DNA of 64,000 nucleotides from Veleropilina oligotropha (Eukaryota): NCBI GenBank assembly GCA_048128005.1, contig JBEUKZ010000132.1, positions 124,001 to 188,000 of the forward strand, read 5' to 3'. Shown piece by piece: positions 22,610 to 31,170 of this stretch (position 1 is its first letter; each line of letters starts with the position of its first letter). The notes under the pieces were generated by a model. It saw only the letters and a program-made list of their open reading frames with translations, ran no database searches and was not told where the DNA came from. The position numbers and the translations under genes were made by a program.

Positions 22610-23267
22610 CTTGATCTGGTATCTTAGGCGGGCAAACATGTCCAAATTGGCAGTGCTTAGCCGTGGTCAACGCTGCGGTCAGCGGTGCGAGGTACATGCC
22701 ATATTTATAATACAGCTCACAGCTTGCAGTGGTCAGGGCATGTGAGATGAACGGGTCGGCCTCCAGGTCGGCGATCAGTCGTAGCTGGTTTGCTGGTGGA
22801 ATGGGCAGGAACATCCCAGCTGCCCCCGCGTAGAGATGAATAGCTGAAGTCCCCAGAGTCTTCGTCACATCGGCACCGAGTTTCGCTTCATACCTCGCGT
22901 GGTGCTTTTCGACCTCGTCGTCAGTCATGTCGTCTATCCGGTCCACTGTGAGGTTACGCCCCATGTATCGGTGGGCCTGTCCTCCAACGGCTAAGGCTGC
23001 AAGCCTCTCACGCTTTGCCGCGCAAACGGAACTTGCGACTCCACTGTTACTGACAGGTTCCTTGCCATCGGGAGTCAAGCGACAGCTGTTGATGGTCGTT
23101 TCTTGTTCGTCATCCATGAGTTGATCGATGAGGCTGTCCATCCTGAAGCGTTTCCAGCATCGCCTCACCGGTCTAATATAACTGTAAATCCAATACCACA
23201 ATGTAGCGAGTAGGAGCAAGATCAGGCTCTGGCTGAAAGCAAAAGCTAGATATACAGCGTCCGACAT
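22512..23267 (-). CDS. Viral hypothetical protein, possible N-terminal TM
   Basis: Open 250+ aa ORF downstream of the ATPase; hydrophobic AVYLAFAFSQSLILLLLATLWYWIY; alternative internal start at MDSLID. Confidence 0.6.
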   Translation of the reverse strand: MSDAVYLAFAFSQSLILLLLATLWYWIYSYIRPVRRCWKRFRMDSLIDQLMDDEQETTINSCRLTPDGKEPVSNSGVASSVCAAKRERLAALAVGGQAHRYMGRNLTVDRIDDMTDDEVEKHHARYEAKLGADVTKTLGTSAIHLYAGAAGMFLPIPPANQLRLIADLEADPFISHALTTASCELYYKYGMYLAPLTAALTTAKHCQFGHVCPPKIPDQDDNAGSGPSDRETADREPADREGDFFDGLISE

Positions 23268-23308
23268 GCGAGAGCTTGCTGGGCAGCTACTTAGCATCTG
23301 CTGGGTAG

Positions 23309-23941
23309 CTATAGCACACTATAAGCAACGGGCTGATCAGTTTTCAACAGAAGCTTAGCGTGTCGTGTCTCGGCCAACAGCTGGCGAACCTCGGTCCGTT
23401 CATCCTGCGACGGGATTACATCGTTCTCGCGCAGACAGTCCTCGAAACTGTCGCGGTCCTTGCAATGGAACAGCGCGACCCAGCGGGTCTGCTCTCTGAG
23501 CTCCTTCAAGACCGAGTTGTACTTTTGCGTCACTACCCATACGCTCTGGGAAGCATGCCTGCCGCTGAAGGCCAACAAAGTCAGCATGTCCCTCCTCTTT
23601 GCCATAGCCTTGCTCGCGGCGCAATCGTCGATGATATATAAAGTTGATTCCCCCTGAAACAGTCGGTAGAACCCCCGCAGCCAGTCATGGAGTCGCTCAC
23701 CCGGGGGGACTAAATACACCTCAGGGTCGGTCCAGATCCACGGACAAGACTGGTATGCTTTGTTGTACTTGATCGTGGGGCAGAGGACCACGATATGCCG
23801 GAAGACGCCTCGATACTCCCCTTCCAGCAGTTCAAGCATGAAAACCGTCTTCCCACAGCCCGTCTGGCCGCAGATGATTGCGGAGTGGGGGTCCTTGGTG
23901 TGCGGAAATCGTTTAGTACAGTGCTTCGACGAATCGGCCAT
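23309..23941 (-). CDS. A32/FtsK-HerA-family genome-packaging ATPase
   Basis: Walker A IICGQTGCGKT, Walker B LYIIDD, GRH arginine motif, VWVVTQKY (A32-type TQ motif), LR.Q. Confidence 0.93.
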   Translation of the reverse strand: MADSSKHCTKRFPHTKDPHSAIICGQTGCGKTVFMLELLEGEYRGVFRHIVVLCPTIKYNKAYQSCPWIWTDPEVYLVPPGERLHDWLRGFYRLFQGESTLYIIDDCAASKAMAKRRDMLTLLAFSGRHASQSVWVVTQKYNSVLKELREQTRWVALFHCKDRDSFEDCLRENDVIPSQDERTEVRQLLAETRHAKLLLKTDQPVAYSVL

Positions 23942-25214
23942 TCTCGATATTCAGCTGTGCGTCCATGATCACGAACTCGTAGACGTTCAGTGGACCGGCC
24001 GCTTCGGCTGTTTTAGTGATCTGAATAGTAATGCCTTCGCTGGCGTTCTCGACCCTCCGGCCTGACCCGTGCAACTGATCGTCGTCAGTTACCCGCATAT
24101 CGATCCAGAGCGCAAATTTCTTAGTCAGAAATTCGCCCAGGGTGACGTCTGCCATCTCCAAGTCCTTTGCGACCATCGCGACCTCAGGATGCCGCTTGCT
24201 GCAGCCGGAGGCGAACATTTTCTTGGCTTCTTCCCAGATCTGGTATGTTCGCATGCCCTGGCTGTAGATTTGATTCGGGACACCCTCGATTGTGACCTCG
24301 ACCTTTGTGATCTTCGGATTATAGAAGGCCTCAGTATCGCGAGAGAATGGCGCGGCGTCTCTCGCAGGGTCCTCGAACAACAGTAGTATTCCTTTCATCG
24401 ACCTCGCCGGTACGTTCACATTCATATTCCACAACGAGTCGCTCTTGTCTAGGGTGAGCTTCCGATGCCGGAGAACACGGTCGTACAGGATTACGAGTTG
24501 ACCCTGGTATTGATTTCGAATCCGTCTGGCAAGCTCGGATTGGGTTACCATGTCATATTCGAGGGATATATTGTCGATGGAATAGCTGGAACCGGAGTCG
24601 TCCGTCTCCCGGATAGTCCGGGAGTAGTCGTTGAACGTTAGCTCATACTCGAGACGGTCTCCAAGGGCGCTTTGATAGAATGGCATGTGACTTTCCAACA
24701 GCTCGAAATCCAGCGGGATGCGGAATCGGTTACCGTACGCGGCCGCGACCGCGACATCCTCAGACAGTCTGAAGGCGTCTGCCGCACCAACACGATGCTT
24801 CGTAGTGTTGTGCCCATCGCTGGTATCAATCCCCTGGTACTGGGCGTTCTTGCGCTCCCCGGTGGTCTTCCAGAGATCGCAGTAGCAGTGGTACACGTCG
24901 GAGTCGTCAATCGACATGATCTCGTTTCCACTTATCTTTATCGTGGTCTTTCTGATCACGGCACGGCCGATATTTTGCACTACAGTCCTATTCGCATTTA
25001 CCGAGGTCAGTGAGATGGTAAATGCAAGGTGGGCAGTCCTTGGAACGATCACGTCATTCGCCCCGAGATTAGGGAACCGAACCAGGAGCTGCTGGTTCGG
25101 GGCAATCGTTGATGGATTGTTTGTAATCGTGACCGACTGGCGGATGCCCTTGACTGCGAGGGGCTCACGCAGCCTGCGGTATGGATTAAGCTTGCGTCCG
25201 TATACGCTAGTCAT
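23913..25214 (-). CDS. Putative double jelly-roll major capsid protein (~433 aa)
   Basis: Size, beta-strand-rich alternating pattern (LLVRFP, LAFTISL, TTIKISGNEI, FRIPLDF, LEYELTF, ISLEYD, ITKVEVTIEG, ALWIDMR, ITIQITK) and position next to the ATPase; fold inferred, not computed. Confidence 0.78.
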   Translation of the reverse strand: MTSVYGRKLNPYRRLREPLAVKGIRQSVTITNNPSTIAPNQQLLVRFPNLGANDVIVPRTAHLAFTISLTSVNANRTVVQNIGRAVIRKTTIKISGNEIMSIDDSDVYHCYCDLWKTTGERKNAQYQGIDTSDGHNTTKHRVGAADAFRLSEDVAVAAAYGNRFRIPLDFELLESHMPFYQSALGDRLEYELTFNDYSRTIRETDDSGSSYSIDNISLEYDMVTQSELARRIRNQYQGQLVILYDRVLRHRKLTLDKSDSLWNMNVNVPARSMKGILLLFEDPARDAAPFSRDTEAFYNPKITKVEVTIEGVPNQIYSQGMRTYQIWEEAKKMFASGCSKRHPEVAMVAKDLEMADVTLGEFLTKKFALWIDMRVTDDDQLHGSGRRVENASEGITIQITKTAEAAGPLNVYEFVIMDAQLNIENGRFVEALY

Positions 25215-25250
25215 GGCTGAATTAGATGCGTATCCCACTGATGTATTCAA

Positions 25251-26565
25251 ATGGCGGAATTCGAGAACCCCGCATTCGAGCCGGACGATCTCATCGACAA
25301 CGATGATACCATCATCGACGATACTGATGTGGATCTATCCACCGACCGGTTTATGCCTGTTCTTTCGGAACGGCCAACAGAAAGGAACCAGCAGTCTTCA
25401 GCAAGAGCTCGTTCAGGGCGTGGTTGACGACTACTACAAAGCCCTGGCACAGGAGGGGCAGACCCCAGCCACGGGGCGAGATTATTCAAAATTCAAGTAT
25501 GTGAGGGGAAAATTAGGGAGGGGGGGGAAATTGGTGATGACGGACTACCCCGACATCAATCTCATAAATTCTCGCACCGGCAACCCCTTGGCGTTGTCAA
25601 CAATAGCTGGCCGGCCTGGTGGGGGTGATGCAATCCGTGAAGGGTTGGGTTTTGTACACTGGACGCGGGGGGGACAAAAGCCGTCCTCAAAAGCGGTTGC
25701 AGCTCTTCAGACAGCCGACAACGAGTTGAGCGGTGCGGCCGCTAATGTCGAAAACGTAGAACTGCGGGACTTGGGGCAGACTGCTACTGATGCCTCGGTA
25801 GCAATCCACACGATGGAGACGAAATTCACTGATACCGAGGTTGAAGAGATCTTAGGCACAATGGGGGACCCTCCATTAAATCTTCGCGAGCTTCGCGGAC
25901 TTGACAAGGCGATGCAGACCATCCGAGGCGAACTAACCAACAATCTAGCCAAACTAACGGCGCTGGACGAACACATAGAGCTGGAGAAGATGAAGCTCGA
26001 TCAGGCAGATGAAGAGGGCGGTGTGGATGAGTTCATCCGTCGACGGATCGCGGAACGTCTGCGCGACCTGAATGATGAAAGAGCAGCTCGCCTAGAGGCA
26101 GCATCATCAAGCCGGGAGGCCCTTCGCTCTCAAATCAGCCGGATCCGAGAGATGATAAGTCGGATCCTGAACACCGACACAACGCTGGCCGAGCGTATCC
26201 GGACCCTGTTCCGCGAGCAAGGGGTTACGATCGCAACAATACTGACCGCTATCGGGCTCGCCATCTCGACTTTGGTACTAGCCCTGACAGGTGGAGCGCC
26301 GAGCATACCACAACCACCACCACCTCCCAGTGGTCAGGGCGGGGTCAAGGAGTGGGTCAAAAAGCAGCTGCAGAACTTGGGAAGGATTCTAGGCAAACTA
26401 GCAGGGAAGGCCGCAGCCGCGCTCCCAGGAATACTTGGAAGCCTGGTCTCCTGGCTAATCAACCTGATTGGCAAGACAGCATCGTGGCTCGCTGAAAACC
26501 TATGGGCACTGGTCATATCAGTTGGGGGCTTGCTTCTTATTGCCGCTAGACAGTGGGTCACGTAA
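25251..26565 (+). pseudogene. Coiled-coil protein with C-terminal hydrophobic/amphipathic helices (candidate membrane-penetration protein); apparent +1 frameshift near 25360-25390
   Basis: ATG 25251 gives MAEFENPAFEPDDLIDNDD..., which stops at ~25427. The long frame continues ...SLQQELVQGVVDDYY, a coiled coil, GVTIATILTAIGLAISTLVLAL, amphipathic KEWVKKQLQNLGRILGKLAGKAAAALPGILGSLVSWL and a C-terminal TM. Confidence 0.65.
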
Positions 26566-27840
26566 GCCAAATGAACGCTAGGCCAACGACAATGCCGCCC
26601 ACGATAAGTGCGGTTTTATCCTCGTCATGTTTGGTTGCCCCAGCTGAAACAGCTGCCACTGGGGCCACAGCCGGCAGAGAGCCACGATGCTTCGGAGTGA
26701 CCGCATCTGCGGGTAAGACGGCGTCTTGTGGGATGACCAATCCTGTTTCTCCAGTCTCCCCAGTGGCGTTGTGCGGCACAGGATTGGCCGCGTTCACCGT
26801 AGTATTAAGACCTAGGGTCTGGGCTTCCGTGGCAACGACGATCTCATTGTTATAACCAGCCACCTGCCCGATCCGAAGGAGCATGTCACTTGGCGCCATG
26901 TAAAGGCCGACGCCGAATACGAAGTCTACTTTAGACCTGGCATACTGCAAAACGTCCTGGTACCGTTGGATCGCAGCAGGGAGGTCAACGGGGGATGCGA
27001 TGGCGTCTTCCACGTTCGCCAGGAACTGTTTCTGTGCGTCAAATGCCGTCCCACTACCCAGAATACTTGCACGCGTTTGAGCCTGCGCTCCAAGAATAGC
27101 CCAGACGTAGGTCCTGATGGAATCATTGAGCCTTTCCACGCCGGCCCTCGTGAATCCCACCGACCTATCCAGAATAAAAGTAGCCCAACCGGTTTTAAGC
27201 GCAGGCGCTTGCGCGATGTAGTCGTGTTGGTCGTACCTTTGGTGAAGGACATTCGGCTTGGATCATACTCACGTCCGATGGGGTGGTAGCCGTTGTTCGT
27301 CCAGTAGCTGTAAGCGGTGCCTAGTCCGCCGTTGGGACCCTTGACACGCCAGTCGGTATGTGGGGACACTCCGAATTCGCTGCAGATCTTTTCATATGCC
27401 CTTCGGTCATACGGGGTGTCGAATGCATCCCACGTCCGGTCTTGTGGCAGCGGCGCCTGAATCTCGGTCAAGATCCTTCTGACCTGATAGTAGACGTGGA
27501 AGGTGAATACAGCAGTGGAGAGGGGGGCTGCAGTAGCATTCAAGTGGTCTTCTGAGGAGATCCCGGAACCTGTTGTGGCACACCATACTGCGAAGTTGAC
27601 CTTGTTCTGCCAGAACCGCATCGGTGTGCTGTGCCAAGCCCTTATCAGCCCGTCACTAGCGACGTGAGGGAGGCGATACTTTTGAAATACGTCGGGGTAG
27701 TCTGCCCCGAATGCAGTGGTTGAGCTATTACCCACATTGATGCTTGGTCTCGTAAGCTGCTCATCTTTGATCTTTGCTGGGTACACCACACCGGTCGGAT
27801 AGGCCGCACTCCTATTGAACACAAATGCGCTCTTAGCCAT
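26558..27840 (-). pseudogene. ~430-aa viral protein with C-terminal membrane anchor, split by a frameshift near 27225
   Basis: The 26926-27858 ORF reads protein-like up to ...MSFTKGTTN. The -1 frame continues DYIAQAPALKTGWATFILDRSVGFTRAGVERLNDSIRTYVWAILG...ALIVGGIVVGLAFIWLT*. Confidence 0.7.
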
Positions 27841-27847
27841 AGCTACT

Positions 27848-28588
27848 ATGTTCCACACATTAACAAACGTTCAAGAGGGGACCGCGGTTGCCCTCCTGGA
27901 GCCGATTGATAACCGGGACGGCAAGCTATGTGTCAGCTTGCAGTCGCTCGACTATTGGGTAGGCTGGCACAACGTGCATGCCGGAGCCTTCTTTAAGACC
28001 CCGGATACCACGGTCGACGTGGCACCAGGTTTCTACAGCTTCGATGACCTCGCCAAGACGATGAAGAGGTCGCTAGTTAACCTACAACTAGATGTAAGCC
28101 ATGCTACAGGGCTCGCCCGAATCGTGGTCCCAGAGGGGACTCGACTCGCGATAAGCGACGATATACGAAAACTCCTCGGCTTAGACCTCTCTTCGTTTAT
28201 TCTCGATAAAGCAGGGAATCTGAACCAACCGGTTCGGGGAGTACAGGGCCAACCACCTCCCCCTCCGGAGAGATCCGAGTGGCTACGCCCTGGGACTTAT
28301 GACGGGAATAAGCCTGTCGGGTTTGCCATAGCGCCAACCCTGCACGTCCACCTGGAGCAGCTTAGTACAACGCACAATGTGAAGGACGGCGCCCCGAGCA
28401 CTATTCTCGCGGTGGTCCCTATCACGTCGCAGATGTTCGGTGAAGCTGGCCACTATCATAGCTATCCCGCCGGCCGGCGACTACAGGCCGGGCTAATCAC
28501 AGAGTTGAAGGTGTACGTCACAGACGCAGACAGTAACCCGATCGACAATCACGGCATGCCCATTACCGCAGTCCTTGCGATACAATGA
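27848..28588 (+). CDS. Putative minor capsid (penton, single jelly-roll) protein, 246 aa
   Basis: Polinton penton-like pattern VAPGFYSFDDL ... STILAVVPI...FG...L....ITELKVYVTD.DSNPID.HG..ITAVL.I at the C-terminus; size matches. Confidence 0.72.
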   Translation: MFHTLTNVQEGTAVALLEPIDNRDGKLCVSLQSLDYWVGWHNVHAGAFFKTPDTTVDVAPGFYSFDDLAKTMKRSLVNLQLDVSHATGLARIVVPEGTRLAISDDIRKLLGLDLSSFILDKAGNLNQPVRGVQGQPPPPPERSEWLRPGTYDGNKPVGFAIAPTLHVHLEQLSTTHNVKDGAPSTILAVVPITSQMFGEAGHYHSYPAGRRLQAGLITELKVYVTDADSNPIDNHGMPITAVLAIQ

Positions 28589-28935
28589 GCAGCATCTATG
28601 GGACCCTGCGGGCAGACGAGCCCTCTTCCCCCCCGACCCGGTGGCACTTTGTCCTTAATTGTGGGGTAGCGCCCAACAAGGGCCTGGCGAGGAGGGAGTT
28701 CATGTTTCCAAACACTAGAGGTCGGTTCGGGTTGAACCCAGCCCTTCTAATGATCCACCTGACGCCGGTCCAGCCGGCCGGGGGCCCCAAGGCATGTTCC
28801 ATAAGTAAACTCAGCCTGGATTCGGATAAGTTAACCCTCGCCTTTGTCATCAAGGCCCCGTGGGTCGGCACTCTGTATTTGAACGTTACAGTAGACATTT
28901 TAAACAAACAGGCGGAACAATACAGCCACGTATGA
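28585..28935 (+). CDS. 116-aa beta-rich viral hypothetical protein
   Basis: ATGA start/stop overlaps with both neighbours (28585 and 28932). Confidence 0.6.
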   Translation: MSSIYGTLRADEPSSPPTRWHFVLNCGVAPNKGLARREFMFPNTRGRFGLNPALLMIHLTPVQPAGGPKACSISKLSLDSDKLTLAFVIKAPWVGTLYLNVTVDILNKQAEQYSHV

Positions 28936-29567
28936 TGGACAACAAACCCTCAGCGCCAACGCTGTACCCACAGCTTGGTGGCGATGTGCCTTCGGAACTG
29001 CATGAGGCACAGTCTTTCCGACTACAGAAAGTGAATGAGCTTCAGGGACAGCTAGAGCGAGAACGGGATGCCCGGGCTGCACTATATAAAAAGTACCGAC
29101 GAGGTGTTAACGTCGTTGACGGGATAGATAACGGGCTAGTCGTCGCCACACTTGGTATGGGTAGCGCTGGAATTGGTCTACTTTCCACAATTGTAGCCGC
29201 CCCGGTCGTCCTAGTGCTGGAATTAGCGGCATTAGGGTGTGGGCTCGCCAGTATGGGTGGGAAATATATCAGCCGGCGCCTCGGGGTGAAGGCTAAGAAA
29301 CACGACGAGATTCGAGTCCTGGCCGACAGCAAGCTGAATACCATAACCGACCACGTCTCAAAGGCCTTATCAGATGGGGTGATGTCTGATGATGAATTCC
29401 AACTGGTCACAGGGGAGATGGAGAAATACCAAGCCATGAAGGCATCAATCCGGGATAAGAGTAGGAAGGCGCACACCGCGATTTCACAGACCCAAAGCGA
29501 GCTTATTGAGCGAGGTCGTTTAGAGGGTCGCGCAGAGCTGCTGAAAAAAATCGGAGCTGGCGACTAA
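28932..29567 (+). CDS. 211-aa membrane protein with N-terminal PSAP and LYPQL motifs, coiled coil and hydrophobic hairpin
   Basis: MMDNKPSAPTLYPQL; FRLQKVNELQGQLERE; ~40-aa hydrophobic GLVVATLGMGSAGIGLLSTIVAAPVVLVLELAALGCGLA; KKHDEI...SKLNTI...SKALSDG...DEF. Confidence 0.8.
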   Translation: MMDNKPSAPTLYPQLGGDVPSELHEAQSFRLQKVNELQGQLERERDARAALYKKYRRGVNVVDGIDNGLVVATLGMGSAGIGLLSTIVAAPVVLVLELAALGCGLASMGGKYISRRLGVKAKKHDEIRVLADSKLNTITDHVSKALSDGVMSDDEFQLVTGEMEKYQAMKASIRDKSRKAHTAISQTQSELIERGRLEGRAELLKKIGAGD

Positions 29568-29649
29568 CTATCCAGGTTGAGCGTAGCCACGACTACCCCG
29601 CTCCTCCCCCGTATTAAAGCTAGAAATCGACAGTGATATCTGGACAACC

Positions 29650-30063
29650 ATGAAATCCATGAAATCTATGCTACTGTGCATTGTCGCGGTGTGCTTTGCC
29701 GCGTGGGGTACCACCCAAGCGTCGTCGCGTGACACTGCATTAATTCTCGAACACACGTGGGCTAGGTACCGCAACGACCCCCTGTATAACCCCCGATTCG
29801 ATCACTTGCGAAGAAACTTGCTACGAGACCCACCTCCAGTGCGGGCACCGTCATGTCACTATTTCATTACCGATGGAGAGAACGATTGTGGCCCAGATCC
29901 TAATATCGTTGTGTGTATTGAGTGCGCTGAGCCGTCCTTATGTCACGGTAAACGTGGGCATTATTTCTCCATGTTATCTGGCTGCTTCGGTATGTGGAGA
30001 AAAGTCGGACACATCTCACCCTGTAATTGTACTCTAGCAAGCGGTAACTATATATTCATATAA
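29650..30063 (+). CDS. Putative secreted Cys-rich protein (137 aa)
   Basis: Signal-peptide-like MKSMLLCIVAVCFAAWGTTQA; 8 Cys in the C-terminal half. Confidence 0.55.
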   Translation: MKSMKSMLLCIVAVCFAAWGTTQASSRDTALILEHTWARYRNDPLYNPRFDHLRRNLLRDPPPVRAPSCHYFITDGENDCGPDPNIVVCIECAEPSLCHGKRGHYFSMLSGCFGMWRKVGHISPCNCTLASGNYIFI

Positions 30064-30145
30064 ACAGCTGCTTGTGAAATCTCTTGCCTTACACTATGTC
30101 ACAGCTGGTTATATAAACATTTTTCAGGTCGACGAGAGCGACCTC

Positions 30146-30526
30146 TGTCCGATTTATGAATGAAATACCTCGCATCAATAAGTTATTGTTGGATTAGGCG
30201 AATCGCATACGCTTCAGGTCGATCCATTGTCCGATTTATGAATGAAATACCTCGCAGTACCGAGTCGACCCAGATATAAAAATTTTCTGGCTCAGTGAAG
30301 AAAGATTGACCCAGATTTCTTTTTCTTGTAACCGTGCTTCTGTTTAGCACAGAAAATATTTTCTTGTAACCTTGTTTATGTAGTTACCGTATTTTGGTCG
30401 AGTCATTCGTCACGTGGCAATGAGTTTCTAGAATAATCACAGATCGTCAACAAGTTATATATGGGAATGTGTACGTGGAAAGCCTAGAACGAACAGAGCT
30501 CGTCAGAAGTTATATATGGGAATGTG
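30146..30526. repeat. Subterminal short direct repeats in the viral non-coding right arm
   Basis: TGTCCGATTTATGAATGAAATACCTCGCA at 30146 and 30228; AAGTTATATATGGGAATGTG at 30452 and 30507. Confidence 0.85.
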
Positions 30527-30645
30527 GCAATAAACTGATCTAGAAGGCTGTAGAAGGCTGGAGGGGGATTAGTGATATGAGTTTCTGCCGAAATGTCCAC
30601 AGGTAAGTGTTTTAATTTAATTTACTATTCTAAGCTACCCTAGTT

Positions 30646-30823
30646 TGTACACACGGTGACTTTTTGTAATACAATCCCTACCCTGGGGTCTGGAAAGGGT
30701 GCTGGGAGCCTTAATTTCCCTCGCCGCGCCCCCACATAAAAGGTATGGTCACCCCCCCTGCTGCTGCTGGTTTTATGCCTGAAAAACTGCCCCTATTAGA
30801 GTACACTCACCCCCCCTGCTGCT
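30646..30823 (-). repeat. Right TIR (178 bp)
   Basis: Near-perfect reverse complement of the left TIR (one visible substitution and G-run length differences). Confidence 0.93.
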
Positions 30824-31170
30824 AGCTGTGGTGACATTTGTGAGATAAATTTTAGCCTCACAATCTCCCTGCCAAGTTGATGCATTTGGTACATTCAATG
30901 CCAGGCCTTATGTATTCTTGTGCATTAGAGTAAGTTTTTTTGTATTATTAGGCCTATCATGATTGATTATTTTTGCATGCTCTACGCACAAATTTCACAG
31001 ACTTCACAAGTTTGTTACAACAGCTAGATGTCCATGCATTCGATTATGGGCAATGTATTCTCATAAAGACAAATGACAATTTACTGTTATTTTTATTTGC
31101 AATTTACAATTATTATTCCAAAGATAGTTCACAATATTCTGAGTCTGACATAATCGCCAGTTACTATAAA

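Larger units (their letters stand above)
15539..30823. mobile_element. Complete endogenous Polinton/Maverick-like virus (15,285 bp)
   Basis: Termini AGCAGCAG...CTGCTGCT; TIRs 15539-15777 and 30646-30823; TSD AGCTG at 15534-15538 and 30824-30828; dense intronless GC-rich ORFs including integrase, packaging ATPase, capsid-like proteins and a PolB-like replicase. Confidence 0.93.

Noticed and set aside
24916..25250. N-terminal ~110 codons of the 549-aa ORF
   Set aside because: Antisense to the MCP; a better start exists at 25251 with a frameshift.
15539..30823. Contaminating phage or bacterial contig
   Set aside because: A clean TSD and continuous hAT/LINE sequence on both sides show true integration; the genes are of eukaryotic Polinton type.
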